Shown in pieces: positions 27,094 to 44,400 of a DNA stretch of 64,000 nucleotides. The translations under genes were made by a program, and so were the position numbers. Positions within the stretch are counted from its first letter, which is position 1. Each line of letters begins with the position of its first letter. The stretch lies in NCBI GenBank assembly GCA_964016885.1, contig OZ024743.1, forward strand, positions 155,682,001 to 155,746,000, written 5' to 3'. Under the pieces are notes generated by a model, which worked only from the letters and a program-made list of their open reading frames with translations, ran no database searches and had not been told where the DNA came from. The stretch is from Eledone cirrhosa. Its lineage: Eukaryota.

Positions 27094-27281
27094 TGTTTCT
27101 ACATTTGGCACATGGCTAGCAATTACCCAGTGCATTACTGGTACTTTATTTTATCGACCCCGTAAGGATGAAAGGCAAAGGTAACCTCGGCGGGATTTGA
27201 ACTCAGAATGGCAAGCGCCATCATTCTATGCGTCAAAGCATGGCGTCCTACCCTCTACCGATACTGCCAATCCACCGCCTT
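27094..27281 (-). mobile_element. Full-length SINE copy (tRNA head + Deu/Nin-like core)
   Basis: Minus strand GGCGGTGGATTGGCAGTATCGG...GAGTTCAAATCCCGCCGAGG...TGTGCCAAATGTAGAAACA; flanked by CTTAAATTATTAAT at ~27080 and ~27283, a likely target-site duplication. Confidence 0.82.
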
Positions 27282-28026
27282 AGCTTAAATTATTAATGTT
27301 AGTTCGTGTAAATGTTGTGAGAAAGCTCTTAATATGTAATACAATGTAATAAAGAGGAATATTCTAATCAGTATATACAAACAGAATCATTATCACAAAT
27401 ACAGTGCGGTTGGTTTTTCGTATTTGCTTATGTATAATTCTAAATGTATCGATTAATTGAGACATATCACTGTATTGAAATTAGAAAAAATTATCTACGC
27501 ATTGTCCTAACTTAAACGTCGTTAAATCCAATATCTAATAATGGAGGTATGTAAAGTTTTACGGGTTGTCGGAATTAAATGACACTGAGAGTTACTATTG
27601 TATAGATAATGTGATACTAGAAATATACACTTTGCCATAAATCGCCGTATTTGTTGGACCTCGATTAATTCCAATCACGAATAGCACATACGTGTGATGA
27701 ACGGAACGACCTGCTCATGAAATTAGTATACAAGTGATGAGATTTCCAAAGAAATTATGTATTTGACATGTACTAGATAGTATATAACCTAAAATTGCGT
27801 TCTATATTTGATGTTTATTTCATAAAATTAAATTGCGTTTAGCCCAATATCAGTTTTCATATTATTTATTCTCCTAATATCTATCTCTATTGCAAGATAT
27901 ATGTCTTTGCTACTGACCAAATTCGAATAGAAATATGCTCATTTTCAGGCAACAATCAGGCCTTGACCTTCTAATTTTCTGTATATCTTAATCATTCCCT
28001 TTAGAAAGTGACATTTTTTCTCATAG

Positions 28027-28273
28027 AATACACAATTTCAACAGTAAAGGTTCGACATTGTATTCGGAAGATTAAAAACATACAAGAAGGGGAGGACCAC
28101 ATAAAATGGCCACATAACAACAATGAAATACGGGGAATAGCAATGGCAATAAATCTCATATAACACGAGTTTATACGCTAAATCATGATGCACACCAATA
28201 TCCTATCTTAACGATAATAAAGGGAGGAGTACGGGACAACATCCAGAATATACTTGTTGATCCCGTTAGTAAA
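28027..28273 (+). pseudogene. Possible decayed exon of a YWTD beta-propeller (LRP-like) gene
   Basis: Acceptor TTTTTTCTCATAG and donor AAA|GTAAGT; peptides EIRGIA and (after a frameshift) VYTLN...LTIIKGGVRDNIQNILVDPVSK resemble YWTD-blade GIAVD and IVVDP motifs. Confidence 0.35.
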
Positions 28274-28435
28274 GTAAGTTGGATTACTTTGAATAAATAA
28301 CGAAGGAATAAAACATATTTTATGAACTAAATTTCCTAACATATGATTAAAGATAAAAAATTATATTACATATTTCATGAATCACTTTGTTTAATAGATT
28401 CAAATTACAATACACCCGGCATATCGCCACGACCA

Positions 28436-28473
<38 letters not shown>

Positions 28474-28649
28474 GTATATGTATATATATATATATATAAT
28501 TGTTAAGTATTGAGAGAGAGAAGAAGAGATAGGCGATACATGTTATTTGCCAATAGCATATGAAAAAGGTCCTCAATACTTGTGCCAGCAGCAGTGTTAA
28601 ATATTAGAAGTGTTCATATCTAGTGGGCCAGAAAATTAGTACAGCGGAT

Positions 28650-28966
28650 ACACGTAGATAAATATATAAAGGAGAACAAACCGTTAAAACATGTTTATTT
28701 AAAATAGCACCTGCGTACGTTTCGCTCGAATGGGCTTCTCAAGGGCATAACAACTAAATACCGTTCCTTACATGACCCATAATGGGTTTTAGAGATAGAA
28801 TGAACTGTGATGTGAACTTATCTCTAAAACCCATTATGGATCATGTAAGGAACGCTTTTTAGTTTGTTATACCCTTGAGAAGCCCATTCGGGCGAAACGT
28901 ACGTAGGTGCTATTTTAAATGAACATGTTTTAACGGTTTGTTCACCTTTATATATTTCTCCACGTA
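28650..28966. repeat. Long fold-back palindrome (~145-bp arms, ~20-nt loop) containing mirror-image hammerheads
   Basis: 28650-28797 is the near-perfect reverse complement of 28819-28966. Confidence 0.92.
28871..28908 (+). ncRNA. Minimal type I hammerhead ribozyme, U3-A8 variant
   Basis: ACC-C-UUGAGAA-GCCC-AUUC-GGGC-GAAAC-GUAC-GUA^GGU; palindromic stem III ACGUACGU; the mirror copy at 28709-28746 (-) has GCA at the cleavage site. Confidence 0.65.
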
Positions 28967-29389
28967 TATATATATATGCCTCCGTGAATTTGTATGCAGG
29001 CCCGTGTGTGTGTGGATATCTGTCCCTGAATGTTAGTCTCTGTGTATATCATATTTAAGATATTTGATACACATAATCTATACAAAAATATGTCATGGAA
29101 ATTCATGATTTTCATTAGACAAATCAAATAATATACATAAATAAATAAATAAAATAAAGAAGGGGTGGGGGGGAAGAAGAAAAGAAAAGACATCAAACAA
29201 AAGGAGAGAGGAGGAAGGAATAAAACCAAAAGAAATAGAAAAGGAATGAATGAGAAGGGAGGGATATAGGTATTGGTTTTTGTGGGTAATAAAAGGGGTT
29301 GTTTACGTAAGAGGGTAGAAAGTCTAAGTATATGCAGTTTGTCAGGTGGTAGTAAGAGGTTAAGGGTTCGATTTGCACTTGTAGTGCGA

Positions 29390-29750
29390 ACACTTTTCTT
29401 TGAGTCTATGGTTACAATAAATTGATCTTTACATTTTATTGTTGAGTAACTTATTCTTCGAACTCAAAATGTGGAACAGCTCAAGGTCCCAAAATAGACA
29501 GCTTCTCCTACTACTCCGATATGGGGGCGCGTTCGATAATTTTTTCACTTCAGGGTGTATTGATGGTTACTTTCCCTCAGTTGCGAGGTCTTGTTCGCAA
29601 GGGTAGTTACATAACGATGCTGGGAATGTTTCATTGCGTAACGATGTTTATACCAACGAGCTTTAAATGTATTCCGAGTCGCTCCGATGTAATACAATTT
29701 CTGGTTGTCTGATTCCACTGTGAATCGGTAAACCAGGTTAGACTGCATTC
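29390..29750 (-). mobile_element. Penelope-like GIY-YIG endonuclease fragment (Naiad-type)
   Basis: ORF 29545-29748 NLVYRFTVESDNQKLYYIGATRNTFKARWYKHR...TTLAN. Confidence 0.85.
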
Positions 29751-30340
29751 ATTCCTATTTTATTTCTTTTGGTTTTCTCCCTTCCTTCACTCTCCTTTTT
29801 TTATGTATTTTCTTTTCTTCTTCCCCCCCCCCCTTCTTTATTTTCTTTCTTTATTTATTTATTATTATTTTTTAAATATATATATATATATATTTATCTC
29901 TCTATCTCTCCCCCACTTCTCTCTCTCTCTCTCTCGCTCTCTCCATCCCTCCCACTATAAACAATTTAATTATCTTTAACTCACTACACTCTAAATCGAC
30001 GACATCATGTCTACGTATATCAAAAGTGATCAAAGATTCTTTCCACCTATACCCCTCCCTCCATCTCAGTTTGTCACCCTACTTCCTAATTCTTCTCCCC
30101 TTTCCTCGCTCTCTATACTACTCCCTTTGTTTCTCCACTTTCTAATTCCTCTTCCTCTCTCTCTATACTAGCAAATACAATTTAAAATTCACTATTTTGA
30201 AAATTTGGACGTGTACACAATTATTATTGAGTGGCTGGTATTTGCAGTATAGCAATATACGGTTGCACTTACCAATGAAACGGTCGTAAATACCTATATG
30301 AAATCCTTTTTGTAATGCTTTCCTGTGTGTTCTCTTTCAT

Positions 30341-32350
<2,010 letters not shown>

Positions 32351-32520
32351 TGAATATTTCCAGCTCTGCGCACCTAACTTCTGCATGAACCCAGCCACCT
32401 AGCTGCTTTCTACTGCATATTGCACATTGAGCACATGCCTTTACGCTTTGGCTTCTAACTAATTCACAAATCTCTCCTCTCCTATCTCCATCTCTCTCTT
32501 TAAGATTGGTTACTCTTGAA

Positions 32521-32582
<62 letters not shown>

Positions 32583-33172
32583 GCATACATACACACATAT
32601 ATCTATGTGCGTATGTGTGTGTTTGTATATGGTGGTTATTTTATAAAACAGTTTATAGAGTTTTGATAAACACAGAATGTAATCGACTGCAATTTAATCT
32701 ATTCAATAAAAAAAGAATAAACGAAGAAGGAAATAATAATTATAACTATATATTCGTTTTATTTTTTTTTTTTTAATTAGTAAGTCAACAATTTAATTAA
32801 ATTATAAAATTTGTTAAAACACCAAGTAGATAATAGTATGTACACCGTAAAATTGTGTGCAATAAGAGACATATATTTTAACCAAATCTTAAGTATAATA
32901 AAAGCAGGAGTGTGGGACAGCGACTAGAATATATTTTTTAGTCCCGTTAGTAATATAATATGGATTATTTTGAATATAAATGAATCAATATTAAATACTT
33001 TATCTACTCAATTTCGTAACAAATGATTAATCATAAATAATTGTATTGCATATTTCAAGATTCACTTCTTTTAAAAGATTCACGTTTCAATACTTCCGGT
33101 ATGTCACCACAACCACCACCAACACCACTCATGTATATATATATATATATATATATATAAGAGAGAGAGAGA

Positions 33173-33208
<36 letters not shown>

Positions 33209-33400
33209 GAGAGCGTGAAAGAAAGAGAGAGTCTGTGAAGAGAGAAATACAAAGAGACTATGTGACAGTTATATATATAGAACTAGATACATAAATAGAA
33301 CTTCTATTGTTTGTAAACGAAGCAAATTTTCAAAGCAACGCTATGCTCTGTTATTATTACTGGCAACGTCATAAAAATATTACCCTCTCCAAGTATAACA

Positions 33401-33528
<128 letters not shown>

Positions 33529-33844
33529 GTGTGTGTGTGTGTGTATGTGTGCGTGCGCGCGTCTGTGTGTGTGTATATACAGAGAGAGAGAGATAAATGA
33601 AGAGATTACGATGTGATTCAACGCGTTGTCGTGTATATGTGTGCGTATGTGTACGTGTGTGCGTATGTGCATATAGATACATTACAAGCGAGTAATACAC
33701 ACATCTAGCACCACATACAACACACAATCAGGTAATACATTCATATAGGACTACATACAGCGAAAGACAGGCGATAAGGTTGAACAAACGAGCTACTACT
33801 AGACCAAAAGGTAACAATATCACGGTGATTACTGTGAAACCTCT

Positions 33845-34180
33845 CTAATAATTTTTGAGGCAAGCCAGTACACTCGCAGCGTTACCTCGGGTGAAGGCGA
33901 GGCTGAGGTACTTGAACAACAAAGCGCCTTCACGAGCTTCACCAATTACCTCTGTTAGGCGAGCCGCCAATGAACATAAGAATCTCGCAGTAAGTATCCC
34001 GACTCCCCAAAACGTCTCGAACGCCACAGGCTGGAAAATATAGTAAGCCGACAGATCAGGGTATTTTAGGATTTTGTTCTATTCAGCTGCGTTCTATGTG
34101 GCTTTCGCCCTTACTGCTGCATCCAGTATGTGGGAAGAAGCAAATGAGTCACTAACTGTGATGTCCCAGAAAAGGCATCT
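33845..34180 (-). mobile_element. CRE-clade non-LTR retrotransposon 3' fragment (REL C-terminus)
   Basis: AFETFWGVG...FLCSLAARL...LFKYLSLAFTRGNAASVL matches the CRE C-terminal pattern ET.G...LS.A.QRGNA..V. Confidence 0.7.
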
Positions 34181-34229
34181 GCCTCTTGACCAGGAGCACA
34201 AACATACACACACACACTCACATTTGTTT

Positions 34230-34915
34230 GACGGAAGGATGGACAGAAGTCTCTCAAATTTATATACAAGTGAATGGAGTTCTACTGAAGCAGTTAGAGA
34301 AGTTCAAGTATCTTGGAGCCTTTTTAATGAGTGATGGAATGCAGGAGGCTGAATTAAGTTCAAGAATTGTAAAAGCTGGTGCAGTAATACGCCAGCTTGA
34401 GCATTCAGTAATCAGGAGAAGGTGGGTAGGTGTAAAAGACAAACTTACTGTCTTCCTGGTATTTCTGCTAATCCTTACTGAGGGTCATGAATCTTGGGTA
34501 ATGACCAAAAAAATACAATTGCAAATATAAACGGCAGAAATGGAGTTCCCCAGAAGGGTTTTTGGAATAACGTTACTCGATAAAAGGCATAGTTCAGTGA
34601 TAAGAGAGTCACTTCTGGTAGAGCCGCTACTTCTCCGGATTGAGAGATCACAGCTCCGATACTATGGGCATGTGGTTAGAATGTTTCAGGAAAGAAATGC
34701 TGCACAGATTTTACAGTCAAAATCAACCAGCAAGAGACCCAGAGGTAGACTCCGACGAAGATAGTTGAATAACATCCATGAGCTTGGCTCGTCACGCTTT
34801 GGATCCAGCTGAATCAGTAAGAGATGTTTGCTTCTGACACTCACACTGGAAAGAGTGTTTGAGGAGGAAACTGACCCCACGATTTCCTCAGAAATAAGTT
34901 GGCCACGAAGATGAT
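34230..34915 (+). mobile_element. RTE-clade LINE 3' fragment
   Basis: LKQLEKFKYLG, SRIVKA, ESW, EMEFPRRVFG, IERSQLRYYGHVVRM, KRPRGRLRRR. Confidence 0.85.
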
Positions 34916-35787
34916 ATTGACAATTTACTTTTCAATTTACATATCATATCTATAAAACCAATACGCACACTACATATGCTAGCAGAAAAACACCAAGTTC
35001 TTCTGCTAGTGATATTAATCAAACGATTGCCCAATCGAATATCATGTAGTCACGTCATTTCCGAAGATGTGTTGGATATTGCATACGGCTTAATGCAAAC
35101 GTGTATTATTAAAGATACGTAGGCCTAATTAAGATTGACTTTACATTTCGCACATAAGTTATTGGCGTATTAATGGTATCAAGCTGAAGTACCTGTTTAT
35201 ATCTGTTGTCGACGTATCAAATTATGTTATCAATTTTCAATTATACTTTACTGGATCTTTAACTTATTCAGTCTTGTCTAGCACCCGTTAGTAATGAAAG
35301 TAAATAGCGATTGTAATGAAATATTAGAAAGAATATATGATGTATAATTGAATTCAATTATCCTATGTTCGTGCACTGCAAGCATTTATATCAATATTTG
35401 ATATTATACCTGGACAACGTATGGCATGACATTATTTTTCAAAAAGCAGGAATGTATTTTCTGAGAAATCTTTTAATTCTGTAGCAAATAGATTCATCGA
35501 CAGCTCTGTGAACTTTATACAGCTGTTTATACCGGTTGATATACACTTTTATGATTAGAAAGTTATAATAATTTCAAAAGAAAGTAATCAATATTCCAGT
35601 TAACTTTAGAAAACAAGCTGCCATCGTATTTTAGCAGGAAGTTTACAAAGAAGAAACTAAATTTCTACGAACACAAAACATCTTCGTCAAATATTGAAAT
35701 ATTTATACATTGATGAAATATACATTTTCTTTCATCTATTATTTTTATATATGTATATATGTTTGTGTTTTTCTATATTTATCTTAG

Positions 35788-35851
35788 ACATTCCTTCAAA
35801 TATAAGCGTATGTTTAGGTCTTCTATTTCCTCCTTTCTTTGACAAGAATTG
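35788..35851 (+). pseudogene. Candidate 64-nt exon (IPSNISVCLGLLFPPFFDKNW)
   Basis: Polypyrimidine + TCTTAG acceptor, TG|GTAAGA donor, open in one frame; phase-compatible with the candidate exon at 37598. Confidence 0.3.
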
Positions 35852-37291
35852 GTAAGAAGGAAAATATATTAAGGGAAAAAAATATTTGTTTATATTTCTG
35901 CTGTACAAAGAAGAACCGGGATGAACATTTTGACTTCTGTTGGAGAAGGAGTAGAAGAAATACCACAGTGGCAGCATCAGCACCAATAACGATATTAGCA
36001 ACATAAGGACAGAAACAACAACAAACAAGTAAATGATAATTGTGGTTGAAATATTTTTCTAAATGTCTTCTTCAGTTTTCTGGCTTACTGGAAAATTTAA
36101 TAAAAGTCTATTTACGTTTTTCTATCCCTTTGTAAACATCCGAGTTGATATTTCTTTCTAGATATTTGTTTTAATTTTTTTCCCTTGATACAATAACATT
36201 TTGAATACTAACAATGATTTCATATAGATTTATAGATTTACAAACATTTTTGTATAATACCGAAGTATACATTTTCTTTTTACCCTTTAGAAAAATTGTT
36301 GGTTCCTACTTTTTGTAAATATATCTATTAGATATTTTTTACATATATTTGCATAATCGCTTTAGTTTTCATTTTGGGTTAATGTTTTCATTTTATACAT
36401 TTAGATATGTATTTTTTATGTTTTTGCTTTCAAAATTGTACATAGATATATTTTGTTATCTGGATGATAGAAAGGTGAAGTCTTATATCTGATTATTTTA
36501 TCTGTTCCTTTAACACAATGTATGCTCCACTATATAACATATGCTAATAAAAAAACAACTATTCTGAACTTTCTATTCTTTCGTTTACTTGTATAGGAAA
36601 TATGTTCTACACGAACAGAGAGAGGAATAAGTAGATAAGCTTCTCTTAGCTGATATGTTATTCCTAGCTATAGCGTTAGCTCTGAAAAGAATTCAAATAT
36701 AATATTTTACAAGATTAAGACACTGGGTCACTGACCCATAATCTTAAACGCAAGATCAAAAGCAGGAAGACCGGTGTGAATTCACAGCGCAATTAACTAG
36801 TGTGAAGAAGCATTTCTCTAGAAAATTTCAAAAGTTTCTGATTCAGATGATAGCTTCTGCGATCCTTGTACACTTTTATAGGTATATATTATAGAAATAC
36901 AGATGACTCGAGTATCATAGACATATGTATATTATCTACCTGATTCAAAGTATTACGTATGACTGTACGTTTCTCTGTATAAATATATAAACACACTGAA
37001 ACTCACGCATATGTGGGATTGCTGACATATGTACACATATGCCCAAATATAAGTTAAATAGATGTAATATGTGTGAGTGTGCATATGCATACGTACACAA
37101 TTGTGCATCTCTGGTGATAAGATAATGCATACAGTCTCTTGCACATAAACAACACATCGAACATGATCTTATAACAAATCTTAGTTTAGGCGCAAATAAT
37201 AATATTTAAGATTTCCTCAGAGATTTCTCAAACACGCACACAAAACACTCACGCACATGCTTCGTATGTATGCATACATATAGCCACCTGA

Positions 37292-37405
<114 letters not shown>

Positions 37406-37597
37406 ATGTATATATATATACATATACACGTGCACAAGTTTCAATAAGTCCGAAGAAAACTGTTCAGTAAGTCCATAGAAAACTGGTGAGAGTACCAATA
37501 TCAGCGCTCGTAGCTGAGCAGAGCTTATATAATAAGAACAAAGTAGAGGTGTTACATATGAGATTTATTGCTCAACCCAGCTGCTAATTTTTCATAG

Positions 37598-37835
37598 GCG
37601 GCCGGCTCGTTATATGGGTGTCACCATCGTAGACCAGATTCCAAGTATGTCCGATCCTCAGACCAGTGTTAACAACAAAAATAACGTAGAATCTGAAGAC
37701 GAACCTGCCAGACACAAACAAGACAATAGAATGACGGACGTATCCCGATCATTACAAGAAAATTGTCTTTTCATACCATATGATGTTCATGTTGTTGTTA
37801 TTATTATTACTGATACGGTTATATCATTATCTTAA
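37598..37835 (+). pseudogene. Candidate exon (RPARYMGVTIVDQIP...)
   Basis: CTGCTAAT branch-like site + TTTTTCATAG acceptor; GC-richer open frame to 37835. Confidence 0.3.
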
Positions 37836-38041
37836 TATCCCCCACCTCACTGTAACTGTGAATACTAATGCACTGTATCACCAAATTAGTATTTTGAGAA
37901 TTTGGTCGGATGTCGACTGTAATTAAAATCGAGTGCCGCAGCATACGGTGGATCGTATGCTTTTAGACACACCGACTTAATGAAACATGTGTTAATGCTT
38001 GGAATAAAGCTTACAGTACAGCCGGTATGTGTTATTCTTGA

Positions 38042-38126
<85 letters not shown>

Positions 38127-38132
<6 letters not shown>

Positions 38133-38840
38133 GGAATAGTATGAAACGAAATTTCATTTCTCACTCTTAGTACGGCACTTACTTAAATGTAAGTATGCAT
38201 GTATGTATACGTACTTACATATATGTATACAGACGTACAGTAGTATGTATATATATACATACATGCACATATATATATATACATATGCACGTATCGGTTT
38301 ACCGAACATTTATTATAATGCTCGGTTTGTTTGTTTGTAAACAAACAAAACAGCCCGAATGACGCCGTACAGTATTTAGGCAACCACGTCACATTTTTGT
38401 TCAACTCTGACACAGGAACGATGTACTAGTTTCAAGCTTATTAGCTATCGTCAGCATCTTATACCTTCCTGCCAGATGGTTGAACGTCTGAAAGTATGTA
38501 CTTGCCTTATTCATATTAAAGGCTGAGCAGGCTAATTTACATATCGATTGTGTTCAGTTGGCCGGGCACACCGAAAAAGATAAATGGAATAGAATGAAAC
38601 GAAATTTCATTTCTCACTGTTAGTACGGCACTTATTTAAATGTAAGTATGCATGTATGCATACGTACATACATATGTGTATACAGAAGTACAGTAGTATG
38701 TGTATATATATACATACATGCACACCTATATATATGCACGTATCGGTTCATCGAACATTTATTATAATGCTCGGTTTGTTTACAAACAAACAAACCGAGC
38801 ATTATAATAAATGTTAGGTAAACCGATACGTGCATATATA
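38127..38840 (-). mobile_element. ORF-less PLE-like/retrozyme-like element: partial tandem repeat + hammerhead + terminal hairpin
   Basis: 38127-38345 is repeated at 38581-38790 (~455-bp offset); hairpin at 38730-38840; (TA)n on both sides. Confidence 0.65.
38420..38458 (-). ncRNA. Minimal type I hammerhead ribozyme, canonical core
   Basis: Minus strand GAUG-CUGACGA-UAGCU-AAUA-AGCUU-GAAAC-UA-GUA^CAUC; stem I GAUG/CAUC; palindromic ACUAGU. Confidence 0.8.
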
Positions 38841-38935
38841 TATATATATATATGTGTGAATGTATGTATATATATACATACTAATGTACGTCTGTATACA
38901 TATATGTATGTACGTATCATATATATATATATATT

Positions 38936-40510
<1,575 letters not shown>

Positions 40511-40544
40511 AGATATACTTTCTACAACGTGATTTATTTATATG

Positions 40545-40672
<128 letters not shown>

Positions 40673-40697
40673 CATATATATATATATATATATATAC

Positions 40698-40734
<37 letters not shown>

Positions 40735-40758
40735 CATATATATACATATATATATATA

Positions 40759-40928
<170 letters not shown>

Positions 40929-41177
40929 TTAGCGAGTAAGCATTTCGCCGGGTAGAAATTAGCGAAACTCAACTTCGATATTGTGCAGACAAGTGCTCCA
41001 TGCATATGAAGAGGATAGCAGAGCTATAAACATAAGTTAAAATGGTCAGACACGCTGAGATGATGGTTTAGAAGCCATAACCGCCATAGCCAAAAAAGCG
41101 AACAAGCTCAACGAGTCAAACAAAATGAGATATGTTGAAATAGTTACCCGGACCCCCGGGGAAGATAGAATACTCCG

Positions 41178-41265
<88 letters not shown>

Positions 41266-41757
41266 TCGTGGTAGTTTCTTTAGTATCTTGGTCCCCACTC
41301 GGTGACCCGTCACCGCAAGATATATTCGGTTGTTTACCTACACCTCTTAAAGGGTCTCATTATAATTCCGTCCCACATTGTAAACCTTTCTTTAGTCCAG
41401 CAGTACAAGTGAGAGACTTGATAGCTGTCATTAGGTTATAGTAACCAGAAATTGTTGTTTTTTTTACATTTAATTGTTTTTTATCAATCCCGGTTTTTTT
41501 TTCTATGTTTTTACCCCATATTGTTTTACTTATCGTTTCGACTCCCCCCCCCCCCTAGTATCTTCTTTGACCTCCTGTCCAGCTGTATTTGGCACTATCA
41601 ACGCACGATTGGGTTTCTTCCAACCCTCTCCCTCTTTCTTCTACTGGCAGGTTCAGCTACCCCTTCCTTCCACAAATTGCCATGATAGAATTATTATGTC
41701 TCAACAACAAACTTTTGACCAATCCTTGTGACAATCACTTTTACCATATATGGAATT

Positions 41758-41853
41758 ACCCCCTGAGAAGCTCGGCTATTCAAATACGAGGATAAAAGTT
41801 TTCATTTAGTCCAGAATTAGCCGTCGAAACGGCTTGAGCTTAGCCGTCGGGGT
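41758..41853 (+). ncRNA. Type I hammerhead ribozyme, same family as 26653-26760, in a solo terminal-repeat fragment (~41265-41866)
   Basis: ACCCC-CUGAGAA-GCUCGGCUA...UAGCCGUC-GAAAC-GGCU-UGAGCUU-AGCC-GUC^GGGGU. Confidence 0.7.
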
Positions 41854-41863
41854 CCTACTCGTT

Positions 41864-41925
<62 letters not shown>

Positions 41926-42001
41926 ATTTGAAGACTAAAATCCAAAGAGGCCTCGATAAGGATAAATATATATCAAACATATAAGAACCGTAGGGCAAAT
42001 A

Positions 42002-42127
42002 ATTATTAAAATAACAGATTAAAGTGTAAGCAAGTAATCTCTGCTTTCACCCTTAACGGGTTATTCTGGAGATCCTGTTAAGGGTGAAAGCAGCGATTCA
42101 TTTCTTAAACTTTAATCTGTTATTTTA

Positions 42128-42133
<6 letters not shown>
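42002..42133. repeat. Short fold-back element (~58-bp arms)
   Basis: TTATTAAAATAACAGATTAAAG...TGCTTTCACCCTTAAC mirrored by GTTAAGGGTGAAAGCA...CTTTAATCTGTTATTTTAATAA. Confidence 0.85.
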
Positions 42134-42169
<36 letters not shown>

Positions 42170-42864
42170 TTACGGTAAACATTGATGCAATTAAATTCAA
42201 GCACCCAACGTACATTTTCCACATAGGAATGACCATGCATATTTAGAATAAGAAAATGCCAATTACTTTCAGATATTAAAGTCCTCTATTGATAAGGCTG
42301 TGATACATATGTCAATGAGGAAAGTGGCCACAAGATTTCGTGTACCCAGTGCCATGATATCATCAGACAGCTTCTTACAAAGTAAGGTACGTTCCCGAGG
42401 CAATCCAGCTTGAAACAAAGGAACGTCTTCTTTAATCCTTCGCCCGATCCCCTGTGAGCCCTAATTCACCCCCACAGCGGTGCGCAGGTGCAAATGTGAA
42501 GGAACTGACCATCTAACTACTACCCCAAAACTCAACGAAAATAGTTAAGGCAAATCACCACCACCTAATCAAACAATTTTGATCCTAACATTTTGAGCGC
42601 GTTATGGTGTAAACCACATTTTCTCAAACGATTTAGGCCAAACGCCCCCTTTTGCCATTCGAAATTACGCAATGCCCCCTACCCTATTTTTCATTTTTCA
42701 ATATACTACTGATTTTGATATCAGTAGATTACTAAAAAATTGATTAACAATATTCCAAGGGTACCATTGCAGACAACTGAGAGTATAAATACATTCCTTG
42801 AAAGGAAATACATAAATTTCATAAAAAGGAACATAAATGTTCTTTTTTTATGAATTCCCACCAG

Positions 42865-43119
42865 GCGATACCAGCTATTTTGAACATTTATACAAAAGCA
42901 AATCTGTCTATCCAAAGAATGCTCTTATCTGGAAGAAAGTGGCAATTATATCATTTCAAAGCTTTCCAATTTTCCCTTTAATGAAACGGACAGAATAAAT
43001 GTTGATATCTAACTTGATGTCCCTCTACTTTGTAAGCTTAGATACCATGGAAGAGGGTTTGAATGACCACGCGGGAGGGTTTATTTATTAGTAAATGGTA
43101 AAATATATACAACAAATGG
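42865..43119 (+). pseudogene. Possible decayed 255-nt exon with YWTD-like blades
   Basis: CCAG acceptor and GG|GTAAGT donor; peptides RYQLF*T, SIQRMLLSG (shifted frame), INVD, LYFV (shifted frame), NGKIYTTN. Confidence 0.35.
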
Positions 43120-43253
43120 GTAAGTGAATTATGTAGATGGTTTCCAGTCCAGTCAGACTGCAACTACAAATAAAAAAAGTTGTTAGTTTGCTTTGTAACA
43201 ATAGCATATCCAAGTTTTCGGATATATCAACTTACTTTAACTTTGACCTCATT

Positions 43254-44320
43254 TTAATAGGACCCTTGAACTTTATGGAGTCTAGCAAACTCTTTGAGGT
43301 CAGGCTGGATTTTCGTAAGGTGTAGCCGGATATCTCCAGGTTTAATTACTTTGTAGTGGTTGCGAGCCTTACTGTGCAGTCTGGAAACAGCACCAAACCT
43401 CCTCATGCTAAGTTTGAGCTTAGAAAAGGCAGAGCACATCTCTTAGCCTCTGCATGAAGGGGTGGAAATCGACGCTGAATTTCCTATTGCATCCAAAAAA
43501 GGGGTTCACCTATTTTGGGAATTCTAATTTAGATCATATCATCTGCTTGAAGTTCAATGAATACTTCCTGAAATATAACGTCCAAATCATCGATATTAGC
43601 TATGAAGGGATCTGCTACCCACATTGGGATGTCCATCGGCAAAAGGTCGACAAACTGTTCTATCATGGTGTCTTGTAGAGCACGGAGGTGAGCGGTATAA
43701 ATTTGGAGTTGTCATCGCTTACAATGTTTTGAACATTGGCGACACTAGGACAATTATAGAATTCCCGTCAACAAAGATTCCTTTCGATGACGTTCAATTT
43801 GGCCAGGAATGTTTTCACAGAATTCCTTGCTTTAAGCAAGGTGATCTTCTTCCCCTCCAAAGCCAAAATGACGCTATTGCATTTGTCGACAATGTCGGTG
43901 AGGTAGGCCCAGTTTTTGCCTCAATCGAGGGTTTTATTTACAGTTCTATGTTGCGTCCTCGCAGAAACTCAATGATAGAGTCGAACAGTTCAAAGAAGTG
44001 AGTAAGGACACTTGCCCTTTGAAAGCCACCTCATTTCATTATGAAGGAGCAACTGGACGAGTTCTTCGTCATTATCTTGGCACAGTTGCCGGAAATTGGT
44101 TCATTGAGGGAATGCCGTTTGATAAAATTGATGACATCAATGGCCACCTGCAAGGACATTCTCAGCGGCTTGCTGAGTTTCTTCACAGTCAATTGTTGTC
44201 GATGAATGTCACAATGAACAAGTACAAATAGATTTTCTCTCTTCAGAAGAGTGACGAAACATTTACGTTGGCCGATCATTGCTCTTGCGTCGTCCGTAGC
44301 ACATGATACAATGTGTGTTG
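43254..44320 (-). mobile_element. hAT (Buster/Charlie-type) transposase remnant
   Basis: ATDDARAMIG, VHCDIHRQQL, HNEMRWLSKG, and C-terminal GDIRLHLTKIQPD...QGSY*. Confidence 0.85.
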
Positions 44321-44400
44321 TATTTGGTCCTAGATGTATGTATTACCTGCCTGTGTGTTGTAGGTAGTCCTAGATGTATCTGTTACCTGATTATGAAATT

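Noticed and set aside
27190-27281. tRNA gene
   Set aside because: The A and B boxes belong to a SINE head; no full cloverleaf, and it is fused to the SINE core
35788-35851. M13 peptidase (neprilysin-like) assignment for GLLFPPFFD
   Set aside because: Only a short motif resemblance; no HExxH or other M13 exons seen
35881-36006. GPCR TM7/helix-8-like peptide NICLYFCCTKKNRDE
   Set aside because: No upstream transmembrane segment in frame; short chance resemblance
41678-41735. SECIS element in the PLE 3' region (also 26585-26630)
   Set aside because: Hairpin with AUGA, but the 3' GA quartet register and apical AA spacing do not fit
42310-42372. Minus-strand CUGAUGA...GAAA hammerhead candidate
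   Set aside because: Stem II does not abut GAAA, and there is no NUH triplet with a matching stem I
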